13,111 nt of DNA, taken from assembly GCA_008932965.1 (NCBI GenBank), contig WBXG01000050.1, positions 1 through 13,111 of the forward strand, given 5' to 3'. The stretch's first letter is position 1, and every line of letters starts with the position of its first letter. Made by a program: the position numbers and the translations under genes. Below the pieces are notes generated by a model. It saw only the letters and a program-made list of their open reading frames with translations. It had not been told where the DNA came from and made no database searches. This document shows positions 8,572 to 13,111 of this stretch, in pieces. Source of the DNA: Verrucomicrobiota bacterium. GTDB lineage: Bacteria > Verrucomicrobiota > Verrucomicrobiia > Chthoniobacterales > UBA6821.

Positions 8572-9828
8572 CTAATCATCCATTCCAGTGATCCATTTCA
8601 CTTTTTTTCCTGGTGGTAAATTAGGAGTCATGCCTCCACATTTTGTGTTCCCCCAGCAATGAATCGTCCCATCCTCTAAAATTGCAGCAAAGGCACTAAA
8701 AGCAGAAGCAATCGATACCACTTTTTTTTCAGGTGCTAAATTAGGAGTCATGTCTCCAGATCCTGGATATCCCCAGCACTGAATCGTCCCATCCTCTAAA
8801 ATTGCAGCAAAGGCCCCATTACTAGCAGCGATCGATACTACTTTTTTTCCTTCCGGTAAATTAGGAGCAATGCCTCCACATTCTGTGTCCCCCCAGCACT
8901 GAATCGTCCCATCCTCTAAAATTGCAGCAAAGGCACCAATACTAGAAGCAATCGATACTACTTTTTTTCCTTCCGGTAAATTAGGAGTATTGCCTCCACA
9001 TTTTGTATCCCCCCAGCAATGAATCGTTCCATCCTCTAAAATTGCAGCAAAGGCACTAAAAGCAGAAGCAATCGATACCACTTTTTTTCCTGGTGGTAAC
9101 TTAGGAGTATTGCCTCCACATTTTGTCTCCCCCCAGCAGTGAATCGTCCCATCCTCTAAAATTGCAGCAAAGGCGCCAGCATTAGAAGCAATCGATACCA
9201 CTTTTTTAGGAATGTGTATCAATCGATTCAACCAGGTTGATGATGGAATATCTGGAGTATTGCCTCCATATAATGGATATCCCCAGCACTGAATCGTCCC
9301 ATCCTCTAAAATTGCTGCAAAGGCTTTATGAGCAGAAGCAATCGATACCACTTTTTTTCCTTCCGGTAAATTAGGAGTATTGCCTCCCCATTCTGCGTCC
9401 CCCCAGCACTGAATCGTTCCATCCTCTAAAATTACAGCAAAGGCTTCATGAGCAGAAGCAATCGATACCACTTTTTTTCCTGGTGGTAACTTAGGAGTCG
9501 AGCCTCCATATTCTGAACCTCCCCAGCACTGAATCGTCCCATCCTCTAAAATTGCTGCAAAGGCTTTATGAGCAGAAGCAATCGATACCACTTTTTTTCC
9601 TGGTGGTAAATTAGGAGTCTTGCCTCCATATCCTGGATCCCCCCAGCACTGAATTGTTCCATCCTCCAAGATTGCTGCAAAGGAACCCCCATTTTTGGCT
9701 TGATGAAAAGTATGAGCAGGATCTTTTGGTGAAGTCATAGCTAAGGAACTATCAGCATGTAAAAAAGAAGTGTTAGTTAACGTAGCAATACAGAACAGGG
9801 GGAGAATTTTTGTAAATAGTGTTTTCAT
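8572..9828 (-). CDS. Secreted tandem-repeat protein: nine 40-aa RCC1-like repeats (VVSIAS-xxx-AFAAILEDGTI[QH]CWG-xxxx-GG-xTPNLPxGKK), probable beta-propeller
   Basis: The ATG at 9828-9826 (MKTLFTKILPLFCIATLTNTSFLHA/DSS) gives a classical signal peptide. The tool's TTG at 9882 adds 18 implausible residues. Nine ILEDGTI cores occur with a strict 120-nt period. The motif shape (hydrophobic strand - small residues - DG-x-hydrophobic-x-WG) resembles RCC1/RCC1_2-type blades. TAG stop at 8574-8572. Confidence 0.85.
   Translation of the reverse strand: MKTLFTKILPLFCIATLTNTSFLHADSSLAMTSPKDPAHTFHQAKNGGSFAAILEDGTIQCWGDPGYGGKTPNLPPGKKVVSIASAHKAFAAILEDGTIQCWGGSEYGGSTPKLPPGKKVVSIASAHEAFAVILEDGTIQCWGDAEWGGNTPNLPEGKKVVSIASAHKAFAAILEDGTIQCWGYPLYGGNTPDIPSSTWLNRLIHIPKKVVSIASNAGAFAAILEDGTIHCWGETKCGGNTPKLPPGKKVVSIASAFSAFAAILEDGTIHCWGDTKCGGNTPNLPEGKKVVSIASSIGAFAAILEDGTIQCWGDTECGGIAPNLPEGKKVVSIAASNGAFAAILEDGTIQCWGYPGSGDMTPNLAPEKKVVSIASAFSAFAAILEDGTIHCWGNTKCGGMTPNLPPGKKVKWITGMDD
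8598..9684 (-). repeat. Intragenic tandem repeat array: 9 units of 120 nt (one unit is 150 nt) plus a partial terminal unit
   Basis: Plus-strand unit starts (ccccagca...) at 8651, 8771, 8891, 9011, 9131, 9281, 9401, 9521 and 9641. The 60-mers at 9301-9360 and 9541-9600 are identical. Units at 8651 and 9011 differ by a single nt over about 70 nt. Confidence 0.95.
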
Positions 9829-9908
9829 GAGGGTAGATTTGATAAAGAAGGAAAATGGTACACTCTTTTTAAAAAAAAGCAAAAAGTTGAATAAAAAATG
9901 TAAAGAAA

Positions 9909-10619
9909 TTATTGCACCCCTCCAAATCGCCTCTCCCTAGATGTATATTCCTCAATAGCAGCCAACAGGTCCTCTTTTTTAAAATCGGGCCACAGTTTTG
10001 GAGTAATTGTGATTTCTGAATAGCTCAGTTGCCAGAGTAAAAAATTAGAAATTCGGTATTCTCCAGAAGTTCTAATAAATAAATCTGGATCGGGCATACC
10101 GGCTGTGTAGAGGTGCTCTGAAATGAGCTCTTCATTGATAGACTTAGGATCGAGGGTTCCATGAGCTACTTTTTGGGCAATCACTTTAACAGCATCGACG
10201 ATTTCATTCCGTGATCCATAGTTCAAGGCCAAGGTAAGGGTTAATTTTTTGTTATGTGCTGTTGCTGCAATAGCCTTGTGTAAACATTGTTGAACACTCC
10301 TAGGCAACTCTTCTAGACGTCCAATCGCAGAAAATCTGATTCCGTTTCTATTCATCTCTTCAATTTTATTACCAAGGTATTGCTCGAGCAGCAGCATAAG
10401 ACCTTGTACTTCGAGCTGCGGACGCTTCCAATTTTCTGAGGAAAATGCATAGAGTGTCAGGTACTCAACCCCTACCTCCAAACAAGCAGTTAAACATTCT
10501 TGTACCGATTGGGCTCCTTGCTCATGCCCTTTGATCCTTATCCAACCTCGTTCTTTGGCCCAACGGCCATTCCCATCCATAACAATGGCAATGTGACGCG
10601 GAGGAGATTTCAAATTCAT
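9909..10619 (-). CDS. uppS: Undecaprenyl diphosphate synthase (cis-prenyltransferase)
   Basis: MNLKSPPRHIAIVMDGNGRWAKERG (canonical N-terminal motif), LTLYAFSSENWKRP, LNYGSRNEI, DLFIRTSGEYRISNFLLWQLSYSE. The preferred start is ATG at 10619-10617. The tool's GTG at 10682 would overlap the upstream transporter gene and adds non-conserved residues. TAA stop at 9911-9909. Confidence 0.93.
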   Translation of the reverse strand: MNLKSPPRHIAIVMDGNGRWAKERGWIRIKGHEQGAQSVQECLTACLEVGVEYLTLYAFSSENWKRPQLEVQGLMLLLEQYLGNKIEEMNRNGIRFSAIGRLEELPRSVQQCLHKAIAATAHNKKLTLTLALNYGSRNEIVDAVKVIAQKVAHGTLDPKSINEELISEHLYTAGMPDPDLFIRTSGEYRISNFLLWQLSYSEITITPKLWPDFKKEDLLAAIEEYTSRERRFGGVQ

Positions 10620-10647
10620 AAGCGGAGAGCAGAAATAATAGAATCTT

Positions 10648-11523
10648 TTATTTTTTTTGATAATGCACCAGGCTAGCGCCACTTAGTGTAATAGCCCCTC
10701 CCAACAAGATCATCCAGGAGGGAATTTCCCCCAGTAATAACCATCCTAGTATAACAGAAGCAACAGGAATAAAGAATTTTACATTAGCTACCTGTGCTAT
10801 TGGTAAGTGAGCTGTTAAAAAAATGAAGCAAATATAACAAAGAGCCCCCGTCACTATTCCAAGAAAAAGCATTGTTACAAGAGCATGAGGAGGTGCATGA
10901 GCCAATGCAGAGAAGATCCCTCCACCAAAAGGAATAAAACCTAATGTTCCAATCCAGAGAGTCCACGCGGTTACTTCAATTGGAGAATAATAGAAGAGAG
11001 TTTTTTTTACTAATAGCGCATAGAGGGATCCACACACAATACCAGCAAAGACCAACAAGGCTCCACTAGATAGTTGAACGCCATGTCCCCCCTTAAGGCT
11101 CATAAAGGAGATCCCAAAAAATGCAATAAGAACACCCATCCAGCCTTGAAGGCTCAAATATTCTTTAAAAAAAAAGGTGGCTCCTAATGCCGTCAAAATA
11201 GGTAATGATGATCCAATCAGAGCTGCTTCTCCAGCAGCAATGGTTTTTTCTCCAAAGGTAATAAAAAGATTATAGAAGGTAAATCCAAGGAGCCCCATGA
11301 GTAGGAGCAATGGGAGATCAGAGATCTGAGGATATTTTTTTACCTTCCATACAAAAAATGGCAGGAGAGCAAGAGAAGCAATCGAGTAACGCCCCAAGGA
11401 TAACTGACCGGGATTAAAATAGTGGAGTTCATCCTTAATCCCTACCCATCCCCATCCCCAACCAAAAACAGTAACCCAAAAACTGATTCGTAGCAGCCAT
11501 TTCTGGGAAATGATTTTTAACAT
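10648..11523 (-). CDS. EamA/DMT-superfamily permease (about 10 TM segments)
   Basis: 291-aa, highly hydrophobic ORF with two EamA-like halves. It has alternating TM helices, Gly-rich helices and a short basic C-terminus. ATG at 11523-11521, TAA stop at 10650-10648. Confidence 0.85.
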   Translation of the reverse strand: MLKIISQKWLLRISFWVTVFGWGWGWVGIKDELHYFNPGQLSLGRYSIASLALLPFFVWKVKKYPQISDLPLLLLMGLLGFTFYNLFITFGEKTIAAGEAALIGSSLPILTALGATFFFKEYLSLQGWMGVLIAFFGISFMSLKGGHGVQLSSGALLVFAGIVCGSLYALLVKKTLFYYSPIEVTAWTLWIGTLGFIPFGGGIFSALAHAPPHALVTMLFLGIVTGALCYICFIFLTAHLPIAQVANVKFFIPVASVILGWLLLGEIPSWMILLGGAITLSGASLVHYQKK

Positions 11524-11547
11524 TCACATTCAAAGGTTTTTTACGAG

Positions 11548-11694
11548 CTACTTCAGCCACAGTGTTTGATCACGGCCTGGGCCCACACTCACAATCCAAA
11601 GCTTGGCACCAGTAAGTTGAGCAATGGCATCGAGATAACGACGTGCATTAAGAGGAAGATCCTTATAATTTTTGCAATTGCTGGTTGAAACCAT
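11548..11694 (-). pseudogene. purA: In-frame continuation of purA after the internal TAG (48 codons plus stop), encoding the conserved PurA C-terminus
   Basis: Manual translation in the same frame gives [48 protein letters not shown], then TAG at 11550-11548. This matches the PurA C-terminal consensus (LP.NAR.Y...I..LTG....SVGPDR). The stop lies 24 nt from the eamA-like start, which fits the compact spacing of the rest of the cluster. Confidence 0.85.

Positions 11695-13111
<1,417 letters not shown>

Noticed and set aside
8572-9828. Diversity-generating retroelement (TR/VR) explanation for the variable patches in the repeat protein
   Set aside because: There is no reverse transcriptase or accessory gene in the window. 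Variable codons are not the AAC/AAY-type adenine-targeted pattern, and the differences are multi-nucleotide cassettes shared between non-adjacent repeats. This fits duplication or gene conversion better.
9829-9882. TTG-initiated 18-aa extension of the repeat protein, and likewise the GTG-initiated 21-aa extension of uppS (10620-10682)
   Set aside because: The internal ATGs give a textbook signal peptide (MKTLF...LHA) and the canonical UppS N-terminus (…RHIAIVMDGNGRW) respectively. The uppS extension would also overlap the 3' end of the upstream transporter gene.

Overview
This window looks like a compact, AT-rich core-genome region of a diderm bacterium. I cannot assign the taxon from sequence alone. 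Most start codons lack a recognisable Shine-Dalgarno motif.

Gene content:
- Plus strand: the 3' part of an NtrB/AtoS-type sensor histidine kinase, then a membrane-anchored PhoA-family protein.
- Minus strand: a tightly packed run of purA, an EamA/DMT transporter, uppS, a secreted tandem-repeat (RCC1-like, probably beta-propeller) protein, a class IV aminotransferase/ADC-lyase-like gene, mfd, a surA-like gene and pdxA.

I see no RNA genes, IS elements, convincing CRISPR array or recognisable multi-gene defence or mobile system. I therefore cannot support a claim of a novel multi-gene system here.

Observations worth a second look:
1. purA is interrupted by an in-frame TAG exactly where the conserved Trp codon of the MPGW motif belongs. 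The conserved C-terminus continues in frame after it.
2. The PhoA-family protein has lost nearly all canonical metal and catalytic residues, so it is probably a pseudoenzyme. It lies directly downstream of the sensor kinase.
3. A signal-peptide protein is built from nine near-identical 120-nt (40-aa) tandem repeats. Variation is confined to two short patches per repeat, and every repeat carries an A6-A8 homopolymer run.
4. A perfect 49-nt direct repeat with a 144-nt period sits upstream of purA and is cut off by the window end. A protein-like plus-strand reading frame stays open across both copies.
5. A 234-bp non-coding gap contains a GC-rich island with two interleaved, mutually exclusive perfect inverted repeats.
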